Source: Candidatus Babelota bacterium (GTDB taxonomy: Bacteria > Babelota > Babeliae > Babelales > JAUPTZ01). Taken from it: a stretch of DNA of 64,000 nt. Every line of letters begins with the position of its first letter. Position 1 is the stretch's first letter. Shown here one piece after another: positions 1-9,386 of this stretch. The position numbers were made by a program, and so were the translations under genes. The notes under the pieces are model-generated. The model ran no database searches. It had not been told where the DNA came from and worked only from the letters and a program-made list of their open reading frames with translations. The stretch covers positions 20,403 through 84,402 of the forward strand of contig JAUPTZ010000006.1 of the NCBI GenBank assembly GCA_030917815.1, written 5' to 3'.

Positions 1-1
1 A

Positions 2-1633
2 GCGGCCGGCGGTACACCGCACGCAACCTGGGCCGAGCTTGAAGGAACATTGAGAGACCCTAAGCCGGTCGCACAGGCTCATTATGCAAAAGCAATTAAA
101 ATAAAAATGACACTCGGCTCAAAAAGCTTATTCCAGGAAGATATCGATCGACTCACTTCCGAATACGGCAATGAGCGCAAGCTCGCCGTTGCGTATGACC
201 CATCACTGGCAGACAAGCTTCCGGCCGCTAAAGATCTCGCCATCAAAGCGCCTAAACCGGATGATGGTAGCCGCCAAAAACGCCAGCTTAAAACGCTGGT
301 CACCAAACTCAAAGCCATAAATAAAATGCTCAGCGGTGGCACGCTTGGATTGGGCGGGGTAACCCATGATGAAGCCGATCAACAAACAAAGCTCTTCAAA
401 GGAACCTATACAAAGGCAAAAGATCTTGAAGCACAAATCGGAAAAATTACTAAAACAGTTGGTGAAAAACTTACCGGCAGTCTCTCCATTCCTGAACTTA
501 CTACCTCAATTAAATATGTAAGCCCGGCAAAAGCAGCAGAAAAATATATAGACGCCATTAAAAAAATCGATGCAAAACTCACCGGTCAAACCACTCTTAC
601 GCGCCTTAAAAAAGTAACGGAGAAACAACGAATCACGCTCATCACGCAACGGGATGCGTTGGTCGCCAAAGTGGAAAAGTTGGGCCCCGAAGCGGCCGCG
701 TTGCTACCACCAAAACCACGCGAAGCAAATATAAACAATGTGGCATCGCCAACAACCGACGCCACCCCAGAAGCCACAGAAGCTGGTAGCAGTGCCAAAA
801 AAGGCGATGGCACAGCCGGCAGCAGTGCTGGAAACAACAGCAATAATACGAGTAACGGCGCCAACAATAACACCAATAACAACAACAGTAGCGATGGCGG
901 GCATAACCCATCAAATGGAGCCACAACGAAGAGTACCGGCTCTCATAATGATGACGATGGCCGATCGACAACTCATCCCAACGGCAGTGCACCAACCACC
1001 AGTACCGGAGGCAGCAGCTCAGCAGCGGCAAACTCAGGCAATATCATTATTAAAGTTGGCGATAGCCATGGTAAATCTGACCGTGACTCCACAACCTCAC
1101 CACAGCAACAACCTGGCTTTTTTGCGCGCGCACTCGCGCCATCACCTATGATGGGAATGCCAATGGGTGGCGGTATGGGTATGGGCATGGCTATGGGTGG
1201 CGGTATGGGTATGGGCATGGGTGGTGGCATGGGGATGCAAGGTGGCATGGGTGGCTATTCTCAAGCACCGGCACCAACAATAAACGTAGTAAACAGCATT
1301 GGTGGCGCTGCAAGCGCCGCGGGAGCCGGTGGCACAGCCATTGCCGGTGGCGGTGGCGGCAGTGGCGCTGGGGCCGGACAAGGAGCTAACGAGAACACCG
1401 GCGCTACCGAGAGAGGCTCTAACGCGGTACCAAGCAAGAGCGATTTTGTCGATCTCGTGAAACCAACACAAGCGCTAAGCGGAATCACTATTCCAACCAT
1501 CCAAAGCAATAGATTTGATGAGCTCTTAACGTTCTCCGGCTGCATCGTTATAGATCCAACAGCAACTATACCGCCAGCCTCAAATGATATCACTAGCAGT
1601 TGGCAAGCGGCAACAACGGCCATCACCGCCTGA
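2..1633 (+). CDS. 3' part of a large low-complexity protein (5' end probably outside the window). It has a Lys/Ala-rich helical region, an Asn/Ser/Thr-rich tract and a Gly/Met repeat.
   Basis: Frame 2 has no stop from the window edge to the TGA at 1631-1633. The ORF track starts it at an internal TTG (50). No family recognised. It ends ...AATTAITA. Confidence 0.75.
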   Translation, partial: AAGGTPHATWAELEGTLRDPKPVAQAHYAKAIKIKMTLGSKSLFQEDIDRLTSEYGNERKLAVAYDPSLADKLPAAKDLAIKAPKPDDGSRQKRQLKTLVTKLKAINKMLSGGTLGLGGVTHDEADQQTKLFKGTYTKAKDLEAQIGKITKTVGEKLTGSLSIPELTTSIKYVSPAKAAEKYIDAIKKIDAKLTGQTTLTRLKKVTEKQRITLITQRDALVAKVEKLGPEAAALLPPKPREANINNVASPTTDATPEATEAGSSAKKGDGTAGSSAGNNSNNTSNGANNNTNNNNSSDGGHNPSNGATTKSTGSHNDDDGRSTTHPNGSAPTTSTGGSSSAAANSGNIIIKVGDSHGKSDRDSTTSPQQQPGFFARALAPSPMMGMPMGGGMGMGMAMGGGMGMGMGGGMGMQGGMGGYSQAPAPTINVVNSIGGAASAAGAGGTAIAGGGGGSGAGAGQGANENTGATERGSNAVPSKSDFVDLVKPTQALSGITIPTIQSNRFDELLTFSGCIVIDPTATIPPASNDITSSWQAATTAITA

Positions 1634-1680
1634 AATTAAGAGACTGTGCGAGAAGAATTAGAAACCTAATCTTTCTTAAG

Positions 1681-1737
1681 CGCGGGCTAGCCCGCGTCAT
1701 CGCGACCGCGAACGCAGTGCAGCGGGTGGCGATCCAG
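1681..1737. repeat. REP-like double-hairpin repeat, subtype A, reverse orientation (16-bp perfect palindrome cgcgggctagcccgcg + tcatcgcgaccgcg...ggtggcgatccag)
   Basis: Its reverse complement matches the copies at 1889 and 2155 (CTGGATCGCCACCCGC-N-TCGCGGTCGCGAWGAC). It forms an inverted pair with the 1889-1944 copy. Confidence 0.8.
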
Positions 1738-1767
1738 CACTTGAAAGCTCTTCTTTTTTTTACAAAT

Positions 1768-1872
1768 CTTGTGTTCATACACTCGCTTGATCAAGTTCGA
1801 AGTAACACCGGTATAGAGAGTTCCATTTCGGCCACTTGCCATAACATAAACGGCCGGTTGCATCTTTTTCAT
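1768..1872 (-). pseudogene. Truncated GIY-YIG nuclease gene (N-terminal ~35 codons only)
   Basis: The translation MKKMQPAVYVMASGRNGTLYTGVTSNLIKRVYEHK is the canonical N-terminus of small stand-alone GIY-YIG proteins. After YEHK the frame runs into the repeat at 1681-1737 and loses all similarity. The intact paralog at 16696-16986 is 96 aa. Confidence 0.75.
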
Positions 1873-1888
1873 AGAGAAATCCTTTTAT

Positions 1889-1944
1889 CTGGATCGCCAC
1901 CCGCCACGCTACGCTCGCGGTCGCGAAGACGGGGAAACCCCGTC
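1889..1944. repeat. REP-like double-hairpin repeat, subtype A, forward orientation
   Basis: ctggatcgccacccgccacgctacgctcgcggtcgcgaagac followed by the hairpin gacgggg-aaa-ccccgtc. Confidence 0.8.
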
Positions 1945-2078
1945 CCATTCTCATAGATGCCTTATCAGAATAAAAATTAAAAGAAATCACCCGAAATAGC
2001 CATATATTTGTTTAAGAATCGACGAGCAGCGCTAGCCATCAGATTCAATTACTACCCTTACAGATCTTAATTCCATCA

Positions 2079-2130
2079 GGCGGCAACGCCGTCTTTGCGA
2101 GGCTTCCTTTATGAAGCCGTGGCAATCCAG
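2079..2130. repeat. REP-like double-hairpin repeat, subtype B, reverse orientation
   Basis: Its reverse complement reads ctggattgccacggcttcataaaggaagcctcgcaaagacggcgttgccgcc, near-identical in design to the copies at 18693 and 26521. Confidence 0.8.
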
Positions 2131-2154
2131 CAAGATTAAATCGTAAGCAAGCTT

Positions 2155-2196
2155 CTGAATCGCCACCCGCTACACTCCATTCGCGGTCGCGATGAC
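2155..2196. repeat. REP-like repeat, subtype A, forward orientation
   Basis: ctgaatcgccacccgctacactccattcgcggtcgcgatgac. Confidence 0.75.
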
Positions 2197-2313
2197 CTAA
2201 ACGCTGGCAATTAAAGCCCTTCAGCCTCAGTTTACCTAAACTATTGCCGGCCCCTTCAGTTCTTTTTTTATACTACCCAGAGAGTAAAAGATTAGTTTTA
2301 TCGGAGTTTACGT

Positions 2314-5300
2314 ATGAAAAAGCTTTATGCGATATCATTACCTGTCATCGTTCTGTGCTCCCTTTTCCTACCTTCGATCAATCGAGCCGGCGTACTTGGT
2401 ATGCTACGACCAATGGCTCTTGGCGGCACAAGCTCTGCTGAGCGAAACGCAAAAGAGGCCGGTAGCGATTTGGCAAAACTTAATCGTCGCGTCGTTGCAT
2501 TGGCTAAGACATTAAATGATGATGGCCTCTTAGCCGACGAAGAAATAAGAGGCAAGCTTGCCGGCATTAGAGATGCCGATGCTAAATATAAAAAACGCTC
2601 AGCGGCCGACCAGGGAAAAGATAAGTCTGGAAAAGTTGTGGACACAAAAGTTGATGCCGGTAGCACCTCATACTTTCTTGCTACCGCTCGGCGGCCAACA
2701 GAAATACAGAACGTCATTGATTTGCCAACGATACTGGACAAATATAAGAAACAAAGACAGGCGCTTGCAAAGCGTACCTGGTCGTTAAAATCAGGGAGAC
2801 TTGGCCGCCACTTCTTGGGGCGTGACGACAAGTTGGACGATATAGCGCAAGACATCGAAGATAAGGCGACAGACCTTCAAAAACACAACCTCCTCGATAT
2901 CACCTCGGAGATTACGAAAGACGATGATGCTGGGGTAAACATAAATGACATACGAACCGCGTGCACCAATCTTAAAAATCATCTCTCTGAAGTCAACAAG
3001 TATTACGGCAGCGTAATCGGCACGGTCTGCCAACTCAAAAGAAAGCTAGAAGTAGACTCGGATGATGATGATGCTGCTGACAACATACCAGAACCATCGG
3101 CTCCTCCTGCCGATGATAAAAATAGCGATCTTGCCAAAAAGAAAGCAAAAAAACAAAATGGATCGGCCGGACGGCGAACCAAGTCCTACTTAAAACAAAT
3201 GTACAAGGTCGTTAAAGAATTTGCTGCCGAGGAGAGCGAAAAAGATCGTGGAAAAAAAACCCGTCTCAACGATGCGATGCTTGCCACTGCATGCGCACAA
3301 TTTGATGGTTGGTATAAGAGCTTAAGTACACGATTTAGCGCCGAAAACAAAAGTAAAGCTAAAGACGACCTTAGCTTCATGCCATCGGACACCTCTGTAT
3401 CCTCACCGCTCGATCTTGCTATCGACAGCGACGATGCAGTCTTTCCGACAAGCGGCACACCACAAATGAAGGTTAAGGATATTCCAACCGCCTATGCACA
3501 ATTAAAACGGGACATTCACACACAGGACCAACTTATTAAGGCAATTGCAAATCAAGAGTATCTCTTCGATGACCTTGAACATGGCTGGGCAAACAATCTA
3601 CGATCCCACATCGCCGCCTACCTCGACAGAGCAATTCTTGGTGGCTTTTCCATCATAGCGGCTCGTATTGCAATGCGTAAAATGATGGGCGGCTCTAAAA
3701 CGCTCGTTTCAGGCACCGTTGGCGTCGGCACCAAAACCGTTGACGTCAGAGGCATCGCAGAATGCACCAAAGATCTCCTTAAGGCGTTAGGTTTTAGTGA
3801 TGGAGAGAGTGGCGCCAATACCAACGGCTCGTCGGAAGTCATACCGGATTGCAGCACTTTTTTCGCTACGGAGATGCCGAACCTGAATAATGGAAAAAAC
3901 ATTCCTAATGCTATCAATCGATGCATATTCTACCGAGGCAACAATGAAGCTGACGACAGCAGCCCCAATGCATCAACCTCCGATGATTCATGGGCAACAC
4001 CAGACTCTACTAGAATTCAAGCGGCTATCGTTACCGCACGCAATAACCTCTCGCAAGACAAGCGCGCAAAACTTACCGATATATGTATAAAAATACGAAC
4101 CTCATTAAGCACGCTCTACGGACGTTATTTCAAGCTCATTAACGAAAATCAAATTATTGGCCTTCATCTCGTCGATGGAAAAATACACGCGGCCGACACC
4201 CTTGCGCGCAAGGAACTTGGCCTCACTAAGATAGCGCTCTACAACCTGCTTGCGCTCATGGCACTGGCTCGTGGACACAATTCGTATGGCAAGGTACTGC
4301 ACGACAAAGTAACCGGTGTCCCAAGCACACTCCAGGGGCTTCTCCGCGCTATTGATCCTGAAGCCGGTTTTAATAAATATCAATCGACCTTTGTTGACGC
4401 CAATGGCGGTGCCAAAATGCATGCCGCAAACAAAACGGCCGCACAACGACTTGAGTATGTTACCTACACCGTAGGCGCAGCCGAAAACACGGCACACATT
4501 AAAGTTGAGAATTATAAGGTGTTAAAAAATAATAATACCGATGTTGACACGCTGCTCACGGCAGCGCAGGCGGCCGTCGCCGCATTGCTCAATGCGGTTA
4601 TCCTCTCCCTGGCCGACTCTAAACATGTATTGCCAGACCTTAAAGAAGCTTGCAGCGCTAAATCCTTAGACTTCTCAAAAATAGCGCCGACCCAGCCGCA
4701 AGTTGCCGTCATCTTTCACGGTGATACGACAACCGGAGATATTTTCACACAAAATTTAGAGATCTTGAAAACATCTCGGGACAGAGGCGAAATCGTGGCC
4801 GCAACCAGTGCGCTTATTGGAGCGCTCCAAACACGTATGAGGAAAAGAATCGGTTCTGGCTCAAAAGCACAACGATGTGAGCTCAAGCCGGCACTGAAAG
4901 GCCCTAGTGGTGATATCGACAATGTGACCGTTAAGAAGGCTGACGGCTCAACTATGCATTTCATCGTAACCAACATTTGGCGCCCAAGCACCGATGAGAC
5001 ATGCCTCAAGTATTGCGTCCGCTTTGCCGATGGCTCATGGTGTCTTGCCGCTGCTCCGTCAGCAAGACCGGATAGCGACAAAAATATTGATATCATCTTG
5101 CAAGACGAATCGTTAAATGACAAAGAAGCCTCGTACAATATGGTCATCTACGCAGACAGACCCGGCACCTACCCAATGATCAATCCATTCAAGATCACAA
5201 AAGGCACAATCACTACGGTCACGGTGAAAGATGATAAGGGCCCGGTGGAAGGCATCACCAGCATCGGTATGGCTAATGATGGCACCTTCAAAAATTACTG

Positions 5301-7548
5301 TGTCTGCCTCAACTCCGGTAAATTTAGCACAGCAACCTGGACCTCTGGCACTCTTTACGAAGAAGACATTATCATTAAGCTGCAAGGAGATCCTCTTGAT
5401 GATGCGCCGTATGGGTATCCTATTTTCTGTTACGGTGGCAGCGATAGCGAAAATCTTGATGAAAGTGCATGCCCGATTGAAACATTCGCCGGCACCGCAA
5501 CCGATAGCGACCAACAACGAACAATCAATCCCAAAGCAATCTTCACCTTTAAGCAATCGGTAAAGGCTGATCAAGCAACACCATGCACAACCCATGTCGG
5601 CTACTGGTACAAGCCAACATCCAGTGCTCAGCCGGAACAACGGTGCAGCCCAGTAACTACCATCGATGGCGGCGATGCGACAGCCGCCCTTACAAAGCAG
5701 TCAACGATTACTTTCCAGATCGGAAAAAAATCAGGTATATCTAATAATGATTTGAACAATGAGTCAAAATACTGCAGCGTTCTGGATGGCCCCGCTGATG
5801 AAGGCACACCACCGGAAGACGAATACCTAGTCATCACCTCTTCTACCGACGCAGCACCAGTAATAAATCCGATGATGCTAGCGGGTAGCCCGGTGCGAGT
5901 GATTGACGCGGCAAGAAGAACGTCTAACCCATTATTAGGAGCATTGCCTACTCCTCGCCCTTCACGATCCGCAAATAAAGTAGTGCTTGTGGCAAAAGTC
6001 AGAAATACCAGCACGATCCCAGCGACTACTACCGTGATCCAACCCAAAAATGTTAAAGAACTTTGGAGACTAGTAAGTCCCCAAGAGGGCCTTGAGAGAT
6101 ATGTCCTCGTATATCGCAACAATGGCACCTTACAGGCCGTTCCCGCAACACTTCAACCCCTAAAACAAGATGCGCCTAAAACAGCAATCATCACTCGAGG
6201 CAAAACAATATTACAAGATCAAGCCGCTTTTAAACTGTACGAAAATACCGACTTTAAGGCAGAAGATGGTGATACCGATCCGGAATTCGTCAATCAGCAA
6301 CGCGCGAGAGCGGCTACAAGCGATGATGCCAGTGTTACCGCTTCGATGCCTGAAAGTTCAGACTCTACGAGCGTCGGCAGTAATAATGGCGATGACGACG
6401 TGGTAGCTGATGATCCGGCAGTAGCAGAAACCGATGCCTTTACCCCGCCACCGTCGACCCCAGAAACCAACGCTGCTGCAAAAGTACTGCAAAAATACGC
6501 TAAGGGAGGCTTAGCAAGGAAATCATTTAAGCCATTTAAGCAGACAAAGCAAGTCCCAGGGCAACAAGGGACAAGTTATCAGGTTGATTCTGATACATGG
6601 AAAAAAGCCTACAACACTGGGCCAGAAGGAATTATCCAGTGGATCAATGATGGCATTACCGATATTTATAGCATAGGCGCCGACTACTATGTCACGTACC
6701 AGGGCAAGGTATGGGCTACGACAGTTAATGATACTACTCAAGGTAATATCTGGTTCGATCTAACAGGGGCGCCAGCAAGCACCGAGCCATATAAGTGGGA
6801 ACGAACTAACAGGGTAAAACCCGGCTTTAGGTATCGCTTTACCAGCGGCACAGCGCCGGTTCTGGCGACTGATGATGCACCAGCTCCTATCCCAGACGAT
6901 ACAGTTGCTCCTGCTGTGGTGGTGGCAGATAGAAATGTGCCAGGATTTCCTGATCGACAACTACATGAGGATGGCTACTATTATTACAATATTGGAGAGG
7001 GTTTCTACGTGATCCAAAACGTCTCCGATAGTAAGCCTGTCAACAATGCGAGCGATATCTATCAGGAAAATTCAAATGGATGGGTTGGATATGTGATAGT
7101 TAATGGCCTAATGTACGCAGGCACATTTGCGAATGACAATCAAACAATTAACATCGATCTAGGCCATGAAAGGCGCCCCGTAACAACGTGGATTAACGAT
7201 GAGCAAAACCCTCCTAAAGCCGGTTTTGAGCACGTTTTCCCTATAGGCTCACACGATATATTTCCTGGTAGAAAGCTCACCGCTTCTGGGGGCCACATGT
7301 GGTTTCATTATGTTGTTAACCAGAATCCGGAAGAATGGTACTTCCTAATTGACAGCAAAAAGCGTCTCCCTATCAATACTGCAACCAAGATTATGCACGA
7401 CAATGGAGACACTTATTACGCCCTCATAGATAAAAAGCTTTACCACAGTACCTCCTTTGATGCACAGGCTAAAATGATTACCATAGACCTTGACGCCGAA
7501 GATACAACCGATCAGCAGACACTCAGGAAAATCTTTCCCAGTAGTTAA
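2314..7548 (+). CDS. Giant secreted protein (1744 aa), family unknown. The N-terminal region is helical and charged. The C-terminus carries aromatic-rich modules of ~100 aa separated by Pro-rich linkers.
   Basis: ATG with GGAG 8 nt upstream. Signal-peptide-like N-terminus MKKLYAISLPVIVLCSLFLPSINRAG. Uninterrupted 5.2-kb ORF. Confidence 0.9.
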   Translation: MKKLYAISLPVIVLCSLFLPSINRAGVLGMLRPMALGGTSSAERNAKEAGSDLAKLNRRVVALAKTLNDDGLLADEEIRGKLAGIRDADAKYKKRSAADQGKDKSGKVVDTKVDAGSTSYFLATARRPTEIQNVIDLPTILDKYKKQRQALAKRTWSLKSGRLGRHFLGRDDKLDDIAQDIEDKATDLQKHNLLDITSEITKDDDAGVNINDIRTACTNLKNHLSEVNKYYGSVIGTVCQLKRKLEVDSDDDDAADNIPEPSAPPADDKNSDLAKKKAKKQNGSAGRRTKSYLKQMYKVVKEFAAEESEKDRGKKTRLNDAMLATACAQFDGWYKSLSTRFSAENKSKAKDDLSFMPSDTSVSSPLDLAIDSDDAVFPTSGTPQMKVKDIPTAYAQLKRDIHTQDQLIKAIANQEYLFDDLEHGWANNLRSHIAAYLDRAILGGFSIIAARIAMRKMMGGSKTLVSGTVGVGTKTVDVRGIAECTKDLLKALGFSDGESGANTNGSSEVIPDCSTFFATEMPNLNNGKNIPNAINRCIFYRGNNEADDSSPNASTSDDSWATPDSTRIQAAIVTARNNLSQDKRAKLTDICIKIRTSLSTLYGRYFKLINENQIIGLHLVDGKIHAADTLARKELGLTKIALYNLLALMALARGHNSYGKVLHDKVTGVPSTLQGLLRAIDPEAGFNKYQSTFVDANGGAKMHAANKTAAQRLEYVTYTVGAAENTAHIKVENYKVLKNNNTDVDTLLTAAQAAVAALLNAVILSLADSKHVLPDLKEACSAKSLDFSKIAPTQPQVAVIFHGDTTTGDIFTQNLEILKTSRDRGEIVAATSALIGALQTRMRKRIGSGSKAQRCELKPALKGPSGDIDNVTVKKADGSTMHFIVTNIWRPSTDETCLKYCVRFADGSWCLAAAPSARPDSDKNIDIILQDESLNDKEASYNMVIYADRPGTYPMINPFKITKGTITTVTVKDDKGPVEGITSIGMANDGTFKNYCVCLNSGKFSTATWTSGTLYEEDIIIKLQGDPLDDAPYGYPIFCYGGSDSENLDESACPIETFAGTATDSDQQRTINPKAIFTFKQSVKADQATPCTTHVGYWYKPTSSAQPEQRCSPVTTIDGGDATAALTKQSTITFQIGKKSGISNNDLNNESKYCSVLDGPADEGTPPEDEYLVITSSTDAAPVINPMMLAGSPVRVIDAARRTSNPLLGALPTPRPSRSANKVVLVAKVRNTSTIPATTTVIQPKNVKELWRLVSPQEGLERYVLVYRNNGTLQAVPATLQPLKQDAPKTAIITRGKTILQDQAAFKLYENTDFKAEDGDTDPEFVNQQRARAATSDDASVTASMPESSDSTSVGSNNGDDDVVADDPAVAETDAFTPPPSTPETNAAAKVLQKYAKGGLARKSFKPFKQTKQVPGQQGTSYQVDSDTWKKAYNTGPEGIIQWINDGITDIYSIGADYYVTYQGKVWATTVNDTTQGNIWFDLTGAPASTEPYKWERTNRVKPGFRYRFTSGTAPVLATDDAPAPIPDDTVAPAVVVADRNVPGFPDRQLHEDGYYYYNIGEGFYVIQNVSDSKPVNNASDIYQENSNGWVGYVIVNGLMYAGTFANDNQTINIDLGHERRPVTTWINDEQNPPKAGFEHVFPIGSHDIFPGRKLTASGGHMWFHYVVNQNPEEWYFLIDSKKRLPINTATKIMHDNGDTYYALIDKKLYHSTSFDAQAKMITIDLDAEDTTDQQTLRKIFPSS

Positions 7549-9316
7549 CGACGGCGTCGCTCACGCCCCACTCCACGATGCACCTGAACCTCTACCCCAC
7601 CCAGTTCCGGCAGAGGATACCCCGTTGCCGCCTGTCGTAGTCGACACTCCCGTAATCAACACACCGCCGGCACCACCGCGTACATTAAATGCGGACGGTT
7701 TTTTTGAGTACCCAATCCTGCCGGCCTACGATCTTACTATCGATACACTCACCATCAGAGACCCAAAAACCGTACCTTATGCACCGGTCAATGACGTAAG
7801 CGCTCTCTATCAAAAGGCTGGGAACATATTCTTCATGGTACGCGATGGAAAAGTGTATAAGATGGAAACGCCAACTAATTTCCCTAGCGTGCCATACCTC
7901 AATTCTAGTCCAAGTGCTTATCACGGACCAATAAGTTCGCTAGGCACCCTCTCCGCCTGGCGTCGCGATAATGGCGGCACGGCAGTCAAGATTTTTCCGG
8001 CCGATGAAGACCTCTACCCGATCCCCAAGATGGCTCACTGCTATTACCGGGTAACCGATCACCACCGTATACCACAAAAAGCCTGGTGTATTTATTACAC
8101 AACCGATCCAAGCTTTATTTTTGTGGGTCTCAAGGCCGATGGACCGCTGTATAAACTCCAACCTGCTGCAGCGATAGAACGAGCCGGAAAAACAATATAT
8201 TTCCTTAGTATTTCGAGCGCTAGGACACCAACAGTCAATGGCATCACTCCAGCCCAATGGGTACAAGCAAATGGTGGAAAAGATGGGTATCACTGCGTGT
8301 ATCAGGAACAGCTTCGCGACGATTTCTTTGTATATCAAACCGCAAAAGGCCCTCTTTCCATTGTTAAACAAACTATGGCTCCCGATATTGCACCTACGAA
8401 TGAAAAAATAACCGACGACACTGCCATTTTATATTGGGCCGGTCCTGATCAAGTTACCCTTCTCCCTCGCTATTTTGTTAAACACCGCGGTACAATTTTC
8501 GTCGGTGGTCAAGCGACCGATTTTGATACCACACACCGTATAATACTTCGCGGAAATGAAACACTAACCGCGGCCGCGCTCGATGAAGCACTGGTGCGGG
8601 CAACCGCTTATCAAATATATCCGAAACAACCAGATGATACGGCCACGCCGCACATCACCACTTCCGATCCAGATTTGGGGAAATTCACCTTCAGCAATGG
8701 GCATGCACTCAGGATTTTACGCGCAGACGACGGCCGCAAACCGATTAGCGAACCATGGGCCATCTATCTCCTCAATGATGATGCCGGCGTAGCCGATAGC
8801 AATCGCTTTTTGGTAGCCTTAAAAGAAGATGGGCCTGCCTACCTAACAGACTCACAGACAACGCGAGGTGATCCTATGAGTTTTGGCATACTGGTAAGCA
8901 CGACAGAAGCGGTACCAAACAATGATGCCTGGTGGATCAATACATCCAGGGCAGCTACATACTCGCCCCGAAACTACTCGCGCCTGTACCACCGTCGTAC
9001 CGAAGAGCTCTGGGCCAGCGCACATCTACCGCCAACCGCGGCGAGCATAAATCCCATGACAGCCCACTTTACCACGGTGGAAATCCCTTCATGGGGAACC
9101 GATGTGCCATTTAAAGTATGGAGAAAAAAGCAAGATATTCCACTTCTGTCAGCAGCTAATAGTCTTCCACCATTCCTGGCGAGCAAAGATCGCTCATACG
9201 TTGGAGCAACGGCGCTCTCTGCACGCGACACCACTTTGCAGCTGAAGATCCTGCCTGGCGCACCGTGGCTGGCCCCCGACCTGTCCAACTTTGAGCAAAT
9301 CTGGCCTCTTCTTTAG
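7490..9316 (+). CDS. Probable continuation of the 2314-7548 protein in the +1 frame (608 codons), made of the same repeat modules
   Basis: The frame has no ATG and no signal peptide. The only start is a TTG inside the preceding gene. The Pro-rich linker and module pattern continue seamlessly across the boundary. Confidence 0.7.
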   Translation: MTPKIQPISRHSGKSFPVVNDGVAHAPLHDAPEPLPHPVPAEDTPLPPVVVDTPVINTPPAPPRTLNADGFFEYPILPAYDLTIDTLTIRDPKTVPYAPVNDVSALYQKAGNIFFMVRDGKVYKMETPTNFPSVPYLNSSPSAYHGPISSLGTLSAWRRDNGGTAVKIFPADEDLYPIPKMAHCYYRVTDHHRIPQKAWCIYYTTDPSFIFVGLKADGPLYKLQPAAAIERAGKTIYFLSISSARTPTVNGITPAQWVQANGGKDGYHCVYQEQLRDDFFVYQTAKGPLSIVKQTMAPDIAPTNEKITDDTAILYWAGPDQVTLLPRYFVKHRGTIFVGGQATDFDTTHRIILRGNETLTAAALDEALVRATAYQIYPKQPDDTATPHITTSDPDLGKFTFSNGHALRILRADDGRKPISEPWAIYLLNDDAGVADSNRFLVALKEDGPAYLTDSQTTRGDPMSFGILVSTTEAVPNNDAWWINTSRAATYSPRNYSRLYHRRTEELWASAHLPPTAASINPMTAHFTTVEIPSWGTDVPFKVWRKKQDIPLLSAANSLPPFLASKDRSYVGATALSARDTTLQLKILPGAPWLAPDLSNFEQIWPLL

Positions 9317-9386
9317 CTAAATCATTGTATCTACCCATCGTGACCGGTACACTACCAGAAAACAGACATTTCTCGTGGGTTACCGC

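Noticed and set aside
1687-1872. 61-aa ORF as a functional GIY-YIG nuclease
   Set aside because: Only the first ~35 residues match the family. The remainder is translation of the REP-like repeat. The C-terminal half of the domain, present in the 16696-16986 paralog, is missing.
2244-2274. Promoter for the giant operon (TTGCCG ... TATACT)
   Set aside because: The spacer is 19 nt, longer than the functional 16-18 nt range. It is too weak to report as a feature without transcript data.
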